This document shows, piece by piece, positions 11,356-23,738 of a stretch of DNA of 64,000 nt. Position numbers and translations under genes: made by a program. Location of the stretch: the NCBI RefSeq assembly GCF_041956535.1, contig NW_027192211.1, positions 303,516 through 367,515 on the forward strand, read 5' to 3'. The notes under the pieces were generated by a model, which was given only the letters and a program-made list of their open reading frames with translations, had not been told where the DNA came from and made no database searches. The DNA comes from Calcarisporiella thermophila CBS 279.70. Taxonomy: Eukaryota > Fungi > Calcarisporiellomycota. The first letter of the stretch is position 1. The number at the start of each line of letters is the position of its first letter.

Positions 11356-12022
11356 CTACGCAGAGGCTTTCTGTGTAGCGGGGTTCACCTTCTTGCCGTC
11401 CTTGTTGAAGCGGAATCGTGGAGGAGGGTTGCGATCCCGACGGCCCTCGCGAGAACGAACGCGCACGATATGGGCGTGGATGGCGCAAGAGACGCAGTAG
11501 TGGAGCTTGACATACAGCTTGGGGAGGGCGTACTCCTGGTAGATGGAAGCCTCGGTGATATCACGGACGGCAGCGGATTCGACCATGTTGCGCACGGTGA
11601 AGCGCTTGATCGCCTTGTCTTTGGGAACGCAGCGAGCACAGTTGGAGCAGCGGACGGGCTTAACGTGGCCACGGCCGTGCTTATTACGTCCATTGTTGCG
11701 GCGCTTGGTCGTCTATTAATCAAGAGACATTAGTTGACCGATTCACTGATGGTGGAAGAAAAAGAAAATCTAGGGTGGAGTTTCTCGGCACATGAAAGAG
11801 ACAGAAAATCGCAGGTTATGAAGATTTTCATCATCGGAATCAGCTCCGCTAATTCCGAGTAAAACCCTGTCTCCCTCTGATTGCATCATGGTTGATCATG
11901 GAGAACAAGTCCATCACTTCATGATCCCGTTCACCATCGAAATATCCACTCCATAGTGCCAAACAACATCCCCGCTGTGCCAGTAATGATGGATGGATGG
12001 AAACAGATAGATTACTCACCAT
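11356..12022 (-). CDS. RPS26: 40S ribosomal protein S26 (eS26); exon 1 is the ATG alone
   Basis: ATG|GTGAGT intron of about 305 nt, then [56 protein letters not shown]...[21 protein letters not shown]. Confidence 0.97.
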
Positions 12023-12428
12023 GATGGTATTTTCCGCACTCCTTGTCGATAAACGGAATTAAATGGGGGAGGGATTGGAAAAGAGGAGGAAAAGAAGAAA
12101 TGGCCGAATCTCCTCCGCCTTTGAAATCGGCTATCACTGAAACTTATCTGAAACTTGTAATCCATCCATCTTTACCTGTAGACGTGAAGAAAAAGAGGCA
12201 GAATGGCATGCAGAGTGCTATAATTCTTTTGGACTACGGGCTGACTTTTTCACAATGCGTTTGAATGGCTAACATTTCTCATCGATAGTCTCCAAGATTC
12301 CACACATCCATTACGAAGGTATAGTTATAATGATAAAAAAAAACAATTTCTATTGAAATAAAAGCTCCACTTCATCTCCAGCTCCTTTCACAACACATCA
12401 AAAAAAAAAAGCTGAAACAAAGAATAGA

Positions 12429-12792
12429 TTACTCCTGCTTCTCCTCATCATTCCAGTAGGCTCCTAGAACGGGGATTTGGCTAAGGACATCTCTACGCAC
12501 TACAGGCACGTCTGAGAGGAAGAAGCCAGCACCGAGAGCAAGAGCTGCACCCCAGCCGGCAAGAGTAGGGGTTCTAGAAAAGAAAAGATAATTAGAAAAA
12601 AGCACTACTACGGCCACAATTCGGATTGGGCATTAGTCGTGTTGAGATGGACTAGATCGATGACCGATCTTTTGATGTCAACTCTTCTACATTCAACACC
12701 TACACTCTAATGAATTTCTCGGGAGTCACACCAAGGAAGTTGAACTGGTGAGGTACGTTGCGGGGGATACGAGCATACGTTGGTTGGGCCAT
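12429..12792 (-). CDS. QCR10: Cytochrome b-c1 complex subunit 10 (Qcr10/UQCR11-like), 2 exons
   Basis: MAQPTYARIPRNVPHQFNFLGVTPEKFIRVTPTLAGWGAALALGAGFFLSDVPVVRRDVLSQIPVLGAYW: single TM followed by the DVPxxRxDVLxxIPxxGxYW signature. Confidence 0.88.
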
Positions 12793-12888
12793 GGCGGTTT
12801 GAGGAATGTGTGCGACGAATTGGATTTTTTTTTTTTGTTTTCGTCGTAGAAAGGCATATGTTTATGACTGGGGGTCGAGAGAATTGTG

Positions 12889-12896
12889 TGACGTCA
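12889..12896. promoter_or_regulatory. Perfect CRE/ATF palindrome TGACGTCA about 100 bp upstream of the QCR10 start
   Basis: Exact motif is seen; function is inferred from position only. Confidence 0.35.
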
Positions 12897-13406
12897 TCAG
12901 AAGCCGATACAATTTCAATGGATGTTCAATAGATATAGTCTCTTGTATTAAGCAGGAAGTAGTTATGGCACTCCCTCACACTACGTTTTCTATCTTCCTT
13001 ACCCATGTGGGGAACCGATATCAAATAGTTCAATCTGATTATGATCCATAAGATATAGGAAATTAGCTTCATTGCATTCGCTTCAACGCGGCCCATATAT
13101 CTTCGACTCCTCCTGTTGCGTCTATTTCCGAGCGATTTCATGTATAGCCCTAGAGGGCTACATGCCAACATCAACCAAGAAGATACCACACTTCATTCAC
13201 GGCCAAAAAAATACGCCCTTTATTTATTTCAACAACAGTTGATATACGAAGTCATGCGTAAAAAAAATTTCGTACAAGTATAATAATAAAACATATTAAT
13301 GACTTTTGGTTCGCTTTTGTTCACAAGTATATATACCACTCTTAGTATCACTTTAACAACCACACATTTTTGCATTCGATATATATATATATTAGTATAT
13401 GGCAGA

Positions 13407-13821
13407 TCAATGGACCCCCACCGCTCTCGGCATATGGCCGTTGTGCGACATGAAGCTGCTCGAGTTCAGGCGGCTGCGGTACACGTCCAACTGCTGCTGC
13501 ATATACTGCGCCATTTCTTGCACCACAGGCTTGGCTTCCTCCCGTATGATGCCTACGATGTTGGAGGCGCGTCGCGCCATGCTGACATCCTCGCGCTGCC
13601 ACTCACGGGTGGCGTGCGAGGCACCGCGTTTTGCACGCTCCAGCAGAGGGTCGATACGGGATCGCCAGCTCTCAGGAAGCCGAGCGTAGTTTTCGCGAAC
13701 ACGGCTGAGGGCCAGCTCCTGGTACTGCATGCGCCTTTTGTCGACCCGAACATAGACCCGATGAGTGACCACCAGAGGAAGGCGGGCGCCACGCACTATT
13801 GCGCGGGTCTTTTTGTCCTTT

Positions 13822-13856
<35 letters not shown>

Positions 13857-14360
13857 GCGTTGACGTTTGTTGCCACCGCGCTGCGCTGGCCTCTGTCCTT
13901 CACTTGCTTCCTTTTCCTCCAGCGGGGGCAGATACTCATCCACCATGCGCTCCGCCCATTCAACAAGGCCTTCCACCCGCTGCTCCACAGCCTCCACCGG
14001 CTTCAGAGCCGTCCTCCTCATCTCTTCCACCACGGTTCGGGTAGGGCGTTTCACGATGGGAAATTTCTTCTCCACCTCCTGCAGCCCTTTTGTTGCGTAC
14101 TCATCCACGGCCACAAGCTGGGAATGGAAGCGCTGTTCTACGGGGCTTGCAAGCCTGGTTAGATAGTCTGTGGAGACCTCGAGGATGCGGCGCGAGTAGG
14201 GGTTGGAGTTCGTGTAGCTTTGGATGGTTTGTAAACTGTCATGCACGAGTGGAAGATTGGTTAGGCGCCGGATGAAGGTGTAGCGGTTTCGCGCGGGCTG
14301 CGTCCCATTGGCATTGGGTGCCACGGTTTCAGGAGAGGATTTGTCTTGGATTTTCGCCAT
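13407..14360 (-). CDS. Perilipin/PAT-domain lipid-droplet protein (Cap20/Pet10/PLIN-like), single exon, about 317 aa
   Basis: FIRRLTNLPLVHDS...SQLVAVDEYATKGLQEVEKKFPIVKRPT and EWAERMVDEYLPP resemble PAT-domain motifs. ATG at 14360 follows a pyrimidine-rich leader. Confidence 0.8.
13821..13856 (-). repeat. CAG/CAA microsatellite encoding polyQ in the perilipin
   Basis: Run of ctg/ttg triplets on the + strand; Q12 in the translation. Confidence 0.9.
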
Positions 14361-14731
14361 AGAGGGAGGAGGACTTTCTTTCAATTCCCGCAGGAGAGAT
14401 GAGATGAATATTAGAGAATTGGTAAAGAGAGGGAGTGCTAGAGTAAAAGTCGGATGACCAGGGGAGAGAACACGAGAGAAAACGCAAATGCGGGGAAAAG
14501 CGAGGGGGAAGGGGGGGGAAGGGAGAAAACTGAGAGATAAGGAGATATGTGCAGAGAGAAGTGAAAAAAATTTTTTGTTCAAGTTGGCCCGAAAAGGAAT
14601 TAATTAATCGCATATGATAAAGAGATAAAACATATCTTTAGATTAATAAGTTAATTAAATAGTAAGAGAGATTGGGGTCCAATCCTTTCCGTTTTTCCCC
14701 AAGTGCAACATGACTCAGGGGGGGGGGAGTT

Positions 14732-16237
14732 TCAAGCAGAGTAGGTTGGCGGCTGGTGGTACTCAGGAGGGTCCTCAGAGTTGTCGTAGGCGGGGAGGGG
14801 AAGCACCTCTGCCTCATCCGTCGAGCGCAGAAATCTTGGTCGCTGATCATTCCCAGTACGGGACGAGACCAGATTCGCGTCTTCCTCTTGAGTGGTGCAG
14901 ATTGCGATAGGGATATTGAAGCTAACCTTTTTGCTCAGCGAGAGCAGGCTGCCCAAAAACTTCAGCTCGATTCTGAATGAAAGTAAGCAGACAGAAGCAA
15001 AGAATCTTCAGTAAAGCGCCCCGGGAGCGAGGGCAAGCTCGACTAGGGCGAAATGGAGGGGATCCTTACGCTAGAGAATACCGGACTGCAAGATAGGGCG
15101 TGATGATCTCGTCCTCGCCGGCTTCATCCGCCGCAGCCGCCACCAGCGACTCCTCCGGGGTGGAGGCCTCATGCTGAAACTTGCCGAACGAAGGCGTAGC
15201 GTCGGACGGGAGCTGGAAGGTGATGGTGATCGGGTCGGACGGGTCCCCAAAGGCCCCTCCCACGACATCCACCTGCCTTAGGATAGCTTCCTCACGGCTC
15301 ACGAAGTTGGTGCTCTGCCCGTTGATTTGCAAGTGCCGCATCAGGCAGGCTTTGATCTTGGTCGGCGGAGTGCGGGGCTTCTCGGTGAAGGTAAGGCAGA
15401 TCGGAAGCAGGTCTCCGGGGAGGTAAGCCATGCGCGGCAGGGATGCCTCCACCGAGAATCCCGGCAGGCCCCGTTTCATAACGACCGGAGAGTTCAGCCA
15501 GCTTGGTGTGGGGATGAGGGGGAAAATGGTAACGTTGCAGAGGGAGGAGTCTATGTTGGTCAGGCCGGGGCGCTCAAGAGTTGCTTGGATCTTGTACTCT
15601 ACCTGATAGTATCTATGCTGAAATAGAGCGGTTTTATTTTCTCGTTAACTAGCCCAAAGCTCGCCCAATATCAACCGGGGGATCTCATACTTCAAAGGGC
15701 GGAGGGTAGTTCACGTTGGGTAATTGCAGCGCAAAAGGGAACTCATGTTTACCGGGGGCAAGTGTTCCCCAATCTTCGAGAGGCGAGGTGGGAATTGCTG
15801 AATAAACAAACATACTTAATGAACATGCATTCCAGGGATGCCAATTGAGCCATTCAAATCACCTGTTCCCCATGGATAGGTCTGTACTCGAAACAGGGTT
15901 CCCTTCTTCATTCCATACGAAGCGAGGTTATTTTGAAGCATGAAGGCGTGCTCTAGTATGAACCAAACCAATTCAAGCGAATAAGCGCAACCCTCGTATA
16001 ATCTCTAAACGGCATTACCATAGCCATAGAAGGATATCTTCAATCCTCGTGCTCTGAGCTCCTTTGGAATGTCAAGGGTCACCACTCCTGTTCGATACAA
16101 GCACGCTAATTAGAATTGAGCTAGTCAATGGAAGGCTCGGTCGCCGAATTACCCTGGATCAATTGGAGAGGGTAGAACACCGGGGCTTCGCCGTAATCGT
16201 CGGAAAGAGCAACCGCGAAGGAATTTATTACTGTCAT
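14732..16237 (-). CDS. Alpha-arrestin (arrestin N and C domains with PY motifs), 6 exons
   Basis: VFYPLQLIQGVVTLDIPKELRARGLKISFYG; LAPGKHEFPFALQLPNVNYPPPFE; SLPRMAYLPGD; tail LPAY, PPEY, PPTY. All introns GT-AG and frame-consistent. Confidence 0.85.
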
Positions 16238-16932
16238 TGCAAGCAAAGGCAGAGAGAGGAAAATAAGAGCGAGTGCGAGTGGAGTTGAACCTGTGAATCG
16301 CAACTCTATTCCACAGAGGCGTGATGAGATAGATTGAGTCTCCGCACAAATAAACCCGCCCGAGTGTTCGACCGAGTCATTGTTGCGCTTCATGCTGTTG
16401 TCGCTTTTTAGCAACTTCGCCCGGTAACCGTGCCCCTAAAGTCAGCCACAGGACAAAGGCGAACAGTAAACCGAGGCCGGTAGAGGAGTGGCTCAGGGAC
16501 AAAAAGCCGCCGGGCTCCATCGATCGATACAAGTGACGGCTGTGATCTTGGCTGCCATGTGCCCAAATATCCAATCAAGCTCGGATACGCGGTGTGGGGA
16601 GAAGGTCAAAGCCAGATGATGCGCACCGGGTGGCTTAAAGAAGAAGGGGCATCGCCGGGGAGCAATAAGGGCCGGCCCTACACGAAAAATCCTTAGCGAA
16701 GAGGCTGTATAGAATAGAATTTAATAATGTCATGGAGCACCTGGTTCCTTTCAATCTAACCTTAGATGAGCGAGGAAGCAGCTGTCCGCTTTTACGTCTC
16801 CAATTCTGCGCTGTTACCATGCTTGGATGGAATTAGTAGAAATTTTCTACATTCACAGCCACAGTGACGTCGACCCTTTGTTCCTAATCTTTTCTCCTGA
16901 AGTCATTGAATTGTGCTGATCACACTGGAGGA

Positions 16933-19900
16933 ATGAACCCGATGAACCCTCAGGGAATACCGCCAGCCTACCAATCACCACCGGTTCAACAGCAGCAAAG
17001 GCCGCCAAGTGCTGGTGGGTTTGCACCGGTGCCCCCATCGCAGCGGCAGCCGCATCAGCCGATCCAACAACAATCGCAACAACAGCAACAGCACCAACCA
17101 CAACAGCAGCAAACCCGTCCACAGCGACACTCTATGATCCTGCCTCCCACTCAACCCTTATTCTACCAGCAACCCCCCCAGCAAAGGCAGCCACTGGCAC
17201 ATCCCTCCCTTCCCGGTTCGCAACAGCATCCTTCATCATCAGATGCTCCCCCGCGCCCAATATCAGGTAAATATTAGAAGCCCAAATTATAATTCAGTCA
17301 GGAAGTAATTGGGAATTTTGATGTTTGAAAAGGAGTTCCAGCGGCCCAAAGCCCGGGATTACCTCTTTCCCCCCCATATACCCAGACTTCAGTGCCAGCC
17401 GGCTATCCCTCCGCTAGAGCTAATGCAAATAAACGCGCTTCTATGCCACCCGTGCCATTTGGTCAAGCGCCCGTCATTTCGCAGCCACCAGTTGACACAG
17501 CGGGTATGACACAACAAATGAACGCGATGAACCTCCATGTATGTGATGGATGCCGCATGAAAATGGTTGTCCCATAGTTGATTTTCATGCCTATACATAT
17601 TTAGACAACGCACACCGGGAAAACGCGTCCAAAACGCGTCTATCAACAATTTGGACCGGAGTCCAATGTAGCTGGGGCAGCATCCGTCATATCGCCTCCA
17701 CCACAGTATGGCAGCTTTGGACAGCCTCCTCATGCAAAGCCTCCCCCTCTACCCCAGCAGCCAGGTTTCCAGCACCCTGCCCCTCTGCCACCGCAATCCC
17801 AAGTGCAGCACCCCTCCCAACCCCACGTGGCTCCTAGCCTTGCACCTTACCAACAGCAACAACAGCAGCACCAACCACAGGCACCATTGGTCAATGCCCC
17901 AGTGCCTGCCCCAGTGCCTGCTCCCGTTCCTGCCCCTCAGCATCACCAACACGTGAGTAGGCGCCCTGTATCCATGCCCCCACCTGCCCGACCATCCCTT
18001 CCTCCCCAACCACCAAAATCCCGCATCGATCCAAATCAGATTCCTTCTCCCGTTACAGTGCAGGAGCATGACCAGCAGGCGTTCGTGGAGCAATCCTTTA
18101 TGACTGGATCGAAAGCAAATGTTCCCTTGGCAAGCACTGATTTCCACGCAGTAGATGAAGGTATATATCCGTGATTAAAAGGTTGTGATTTTTTTTGAGT
18201 TATTTCATCAACACTCTAAACAGGCAATTGTAACCCGCGGTTCATGAGGATGACTACCTATAATATTCCCGCAACGGATGAACTCCTGGCAACCTCACAG
18301 ATACCACTGGGAATGATATGTCAGCCGTTAGCGCGTCTTCGCGCTGATGAGGCGCCTATTGCTGTTGTTGACACAGGCGAACTTGGCCCCGTGCGGTGCA
18401 TGCGATGTAAGGCTTATATTAATCCTTTTGTCATGTTTACCGCTGGTGGGCAAAAGTTCGTGTGTAACATGTGCGGATTTGATAGCCCAGGTAATTTTAA
18501 TTTTTTTTTGGCAGCCAGAGATACAAAATCCATTTATCCTGTTCTGGAAAATTTTTTTTATCTTTGTATAGTGCCTCAGGAATATTTCTGCAACCTCGAT
18601 ATGTCTGGTCGACGGCTTGACCTCCACCAGCGTCCAGAACTCTTACATGGCTCAATCGAATTCACAGCCCCCCGGGATTACTGGGCAAGAGACCCGGCCC
18701 CCGCATGTTACGTGTTTGTGGTGGACGTTACCTGGAACGCTGTTCAAAGTGGCATGCTCCATCAGGTCACCGAGGGCATCCGGAAGGTCTTGTATGGCGA
18801 TCAAGGACTCCCCGCTGGAATCCGAGTTGGGCTGATTACTTACGATAAAACAGTCCATTTCTATAACTTGAGCCCGCAACTGGAGCAAGCACAGATGCTT
18901 GTGATCTCCGACATTGATGATGTTTTCGTTCCCGTATATTCGGGCTTTTTGGTCGATCCCATAGAGTCGCGGGCCGTTATCGAGGGCCTACTGGATACGT
19001 TGCCTGTCATGTTCAAGGATAACAAGATATCTGATCCGGTTACGGGCGCGGCCATTCAGGCTGCCTATCAGTCGTTGGTAAATTTTTACACCAGGCTGCT
19101 ACAGTACCACCTTTAGGGGGGGGGAACAGGAGAGATCGGTTCTAAATTTGCTTTTTTTAATGCCTAGACTGACCTTGGCGGAAAGCTCTTTGTTTTCATT
19201 ACCGCGCTGCCCACCCATGGCCCAGGGGCCATCAAATATCGGGAAGACCCGAAACTCTATAATACCGAGAATGAAAAAAATCTCTTCTCTCCGCAAGATG
19301 CATGGTATCGCACCATCGGGGTAAATTGCGTGGATGCGGGCATCTGTGTGGACATGTTCCTCTTCCCTTCTACCTACGTCGACATAGCCACCCTTGGTCT
19401 CCTCCCCTCCATGACCGGTGGAAATACCTACTTTTACCCTCCACACGAGCGTCGATCGGTTGCCGATGATCTTGTCCTCAATACAACGCACGAATTTGGA
19501 TACAACGCCCTCATGCGTGCACGATGCTCCACCGGATTGCGGGTCGTCGAATATATTGGAAATTTCTATATGCGAAATGCCACTGACCTAGAAATTGGAG
19601 GGTTGGACTCCTCGGCTGCATTTGGGGTGGTGTTCAAACACGAAGGCCGGCTATCAGGCAATGAAGCGTTCTTCCAGTGTGCGCTACTGTATACTACCGC
19701 GAGAGGCGAACGTCGGGTGCGCGTGCACAATCTGTCTGTACCGGTGGTGTCTAATTTGGGCAACGTATTCAGATACGCGGAAATGGATACCACCATGAAC
19801 TTGTTGGCCAAAGGCGCGGTGATGCAGGCGACCACCAAACAGCTTCGCGAAGTACGGGACTCGCTGACGGAGAAATGCATCAAGATATTGGCGGCCTATA

Positions 19901-20801
19901 GGAAACACTGCGCGACCTCCACCTCGCCCGGTCAGGTAAATAGCAGCCCTCCTTGCTCTGCCGTTTTTGCTGACCTATTACACTCCGGCTCACTAATCCG
20001 CTAACAACCACACCATCAACAACAATAGCTCATATTGCCCGAATCTTACAAACTCTTCCCCATCTACGCTCTCACCCTCCTCAAGTCCAAAGCATTACGT
20101 AGTGGCACTGATTTGAACAGTGATATGCGAGTATACCATATGCGCTTGCTGAAGTCGATGGGGGTGTCGGATAGTATTGCCTATTTATACCCACGGATAG
20201 TTGCTGTGCACAACCTTCCTGAAAACGCTGGTGGTCCGGATCAGTACGGGCGCATAAGAATGGCTCCGCTTGTACGAGCATCGTATGAGCGCTTGGAAGC
20301 GTCGGGGGCGTATCTGATCGGTAAGTTTCGGGCGGCGGATTGCTTCCCTTCTGTCCACGGGACCCTGTTTTTAATCCACGCGAAATCTATGTCTATAGAA
20401 AACGGCCGGAAGTTAATGTTTTGGCTCGGTCGGCAGGTGCCAGCCGAGTTTTTGAAGGATGTGTTCGATGTGTCAAGCCTAGAGCAGATAGAAATTAGTA
20501 TGGTGAGTACATGGAATCTGTGGGATGAAGGGTAGGATGAATATCTAACCAAGGAATGCTCTACTAGTCTTCTCTCCCACAACTTGACACCCCACTTTCT
20601 CGCCAGATCCGTGGTCTAGTCATGAGGATGCAGTCGGACCGTCCACGACATCTTGTGTTGCATATTGTGCGCCAACAGCTCGATGCGACGGAGTTGGAGG
20701 TAGCGGCGATGCTTGTGGAGGATAAGAACAACGAAGCAATGTCTTATGTTGATTATTTGTGCCACGTACACCGCCTTATACAAAATGAAGTCAATAACTA
20801 A
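16933..20801 (+). CDS. SEC24: COPII cargo adaptor Sec24, SEC24C/D (Sfb3/Lst1-like) type
   Basis: P/Q-rich N-terminus; SRIDPNQIPSP; GNCNPRFMRMTTYNIP; Zn finger RCMRCKAYINPF...CNMC; trunk VFVVDVTWNAVQSG; QCALLYTTARGERRVRVHNL; end SYVDYLCHVHRLIQNEVNN. Confidence 0.95.
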
Positions 20802-21448
20802 TATCCTATACATCGTTATCTTGGATGAAGGGGCAAAATTTGGTCGGTTATTTTTTTATTTGATATATATATATATATATACTATCTATACACTCTACAC
20901 CTTTATTTTCTATTATTTGAATGGGGATTAAAATTTTGGGATCCGATTTTTGCGTGCTGAAGAAACTTCCTCTGTACCCTCGCCATTTTTTGAAAACATC
21001 CTCCTTAATTCCTCTTTTTGGGCTTTTTTATTACGAGCACCGCTCGCTTGAAGTGGTTGAGCCACAATATAGTGTTCTCGAGAGACCAGCAGACAAAATG
21101 CCAAGCAAGAAAAAAAATAACAATGACGACAAAACTTGCTTGGAAGCTGGTTATTAAACTTGGCTATTCACTTGATGAATGAAGAATAGCTTGGCAACTT
21201 GAAGTAACTAGTTTGCTCTGCAAGCCAGTTCAGGTTGACTTGTTAGTATATAATAATTGACAGGTTAACAATTAACTCCTTAGAATTTTCTCCCATGTCA
21301 AAATTGGAATACCGTTTTGGGACTGGGGCTTCTTGTTTTTTACCGATTAATCCGCATCCCAGTTTTTTTTTATAATGCCTTCTCCAATTAAAATAGACTA
21401 TATGAGCTGGACCAATATGAATTCTACGAGAATAAAAAAGAACTCTTT

Positions 21449-21521
21449 TGCAGAATCCCGGGATCGAACCGGGTACCTTAAGATCTTCAGTCTTACGCTC
21501 TCCCAGATGAGCTAACCCTGC
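21449..21521 (-). tRNA. tRNA-Phe (GAA), intronless
   Basis: Reverse complement GCAGGGTTAGCTCATCTGGGAGAGCGTAAGACTGAAGATCTTAAGGTACCCGGTTCGATCCCGGGATTCTGCA folds to a cloverleaf with anticodon GAA; oligo-T terminator downstream. Confidence 0.95.
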
Positions 21522-22537
21522 ACTGGATCACGTGCTTGGGAATGCATCCACTACTTTAATCAAGACGCAAAAAAGTAACGCTTTTGCCCTGGAGCCCTGC
21601 CAAATGTCAACTTTAGAGCGTCGTTGTACTAGGATAGTCGACTTTAAAATTTTACCCTCTATCGCTTAATAGCAGGTGTCTATCACTGTTCTACGAAGCA
21701 AATTTTATTCATTTATTTCATTTTTTGAGGCGCATTAAGTAGATTTACATAATATATCATCCAGTCAGTTGTGTAGTGCAGTGAATGGGGGACAGCCTAT
21801 AGAAAGTGCCATAGAAAGCACCCATTTTACCACCATTGATTCAAGTGCAATCTGTCAATGGAAGATTCCATCGAATATCACAAATCCCTGCATTTGTCTG
21901 GCATTTCGACCAAGTAGATCCAGGTTTGAACATCGCCTTGTTCAGCATTTTGTGTATTATTTATCTATTTTGGTCGTATCCTAGTGCAGCCTTGCTGTAT
22001 GCGCCCCTGAAGTATCTCAATTCCGGTCTTAGGATTGCATCGGATCCATACTAAAATACGAAGTTTAGTTTGGATGCGACGCAATCCCATCAAAATGAAG
22101 CATGTGGAACAGAGTGTCAAATGTAGAAATATTAAAGCAAATTCAAAAGAAACTAGCCATGAATAATGCCAAACAACTCTTGCTCAAAACAGTTACTCGC
22201 CTTCATTTAGCCTATCTAGCCCCTTCGGAACTTCGAGGATTTAAATGGCTTTTTAAGGATTATTAAGGGCCTTTTTTTAATACTCTCACATGTTATTTTT
22301 GTGGAGGGTCAGAATATCACTACTATATTTTGTCTTATTCTCCTCCCGTCAACCCCTTATTTTATAAATATAAATGGAACACTTCTTGTACACGTGCAAG
22401 TGCCTTGGCCATGCATGGGAGCGGTTCTATAGGGGGCGGGATGGCCCAACTTCATTGCACCCCCCCCTCATCAAAAAGGGGAACGAATGCGGAAAGGATT
22501 GTATTATTACAGAGATACAATTAAATATTCACCAAGA

Positions 22538-23550
22538 CTAGAATTTTTCATCCACAATCCCGGTCGCTTCACATGCCAAGTTCCATGCTGCTTTAGCCTT
22601 TTCCATATCATAGCTCTCTTCGCTTGAATCTACCACTTCCTTATACTGAAAATACTTCCCGGAAACACCCTCAATTGCCTCACTCGTTCCGTAATAAAGA
22701 TATTCCTCTCCCGCCACCTCTGCGCTTCTCGCAACGCTTATCAGCCATGGGAATAGGTTGCGCATTGCCCAGCGGAGCGGCCACCACGAAAACCGATTCA
22801 AATTTGTGGCAGGAACGAAGCCAGGCGAAACGGCATTGCAGGTAACTCCGGAATGAGTTTCAGCGAGGCGCGATGAGAGAACATAAATGTGATAGAGCTG
22901 GAGGAGCTTTGAAAGCCCATAGAAAGTGCGCCAGGAATATGCTTTGTTGCCGTCGAGATTTTCAGGGTCAAAGAGATAAATAGGACTGGCATCTTTAGGA
23001 AGACGGCGGTTCGGATCGTGAAGCATGGACGTGATAGTAAGGATTCTTCCTTTAGTCGTCTTGAGCAGAGGAAGCAGCTGATGAGTCAGGTAAAAAGTTC
23101 CTACGAAGTTAGTCGCACAGGTCTTCTCAAAAATCCGGGTATCGCTAGTAAATTCACGTTCCGTGCATATCATGCTTGCGTTATTGATGAGAACATGGAG
23201 AGGGAGATGCAATTCTTGGAAAGTGGCTACGGCTGTGCGGATAGATTCGAAGGAAGAAAGATCCAGAGTCAAGCCTTGTACGCTTTCTTTTTCCTGAGTA
23301 AGCGCGTGCAGAGAATCGAGAGCCCCTTCGAGTTTAACTTGATCACGCCCAGTTATAACCACTACAAAGCCAGCATGGAGATAACATTTGGCCGCTTCGA
23401 ATCCGATTCCATCGGTACCTCCTTTTAATGATAAAAACCAGGAGGGGAATGGAAAGAAGGGTATGAACTGACAAAAGTAGTTTCACGACATCATTAAAAA
23501 TAATTCATTTTACCTGTAATAAGCACTACTTTTTTATTGTCAGAAGGCAT
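22538..23550 (-). CDS. Short-chain dehydrogenase/reductase, retinol dehydrogenase/WWOX-like, 2 exons
   Basis: MPSDNKKVVLITGGTDGIGFEAA (TGxxxGIG split by the intron), LHVLINNAS, NFVGTFYLT, catalytic YGLSK, VSPGFVPATNL. Confidence 0.9.
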
Positions 23551-23738
23551 TGAAGGAGTTGTTCACAAGAAATGTAATGTTCCCTTGAATTAATCTAAAA
23601 AAAAAAAAAGAGAAAACAGAGACGACTTTTACAAATATTATGAATAGTGAAATTAGAGAGGCAAAAAAGAAATCAAGAATTGACTATCATTATTGAGAGA
23701 AGGATGAGATTGTTCTTAGATAAATATCGTCCATGAAA

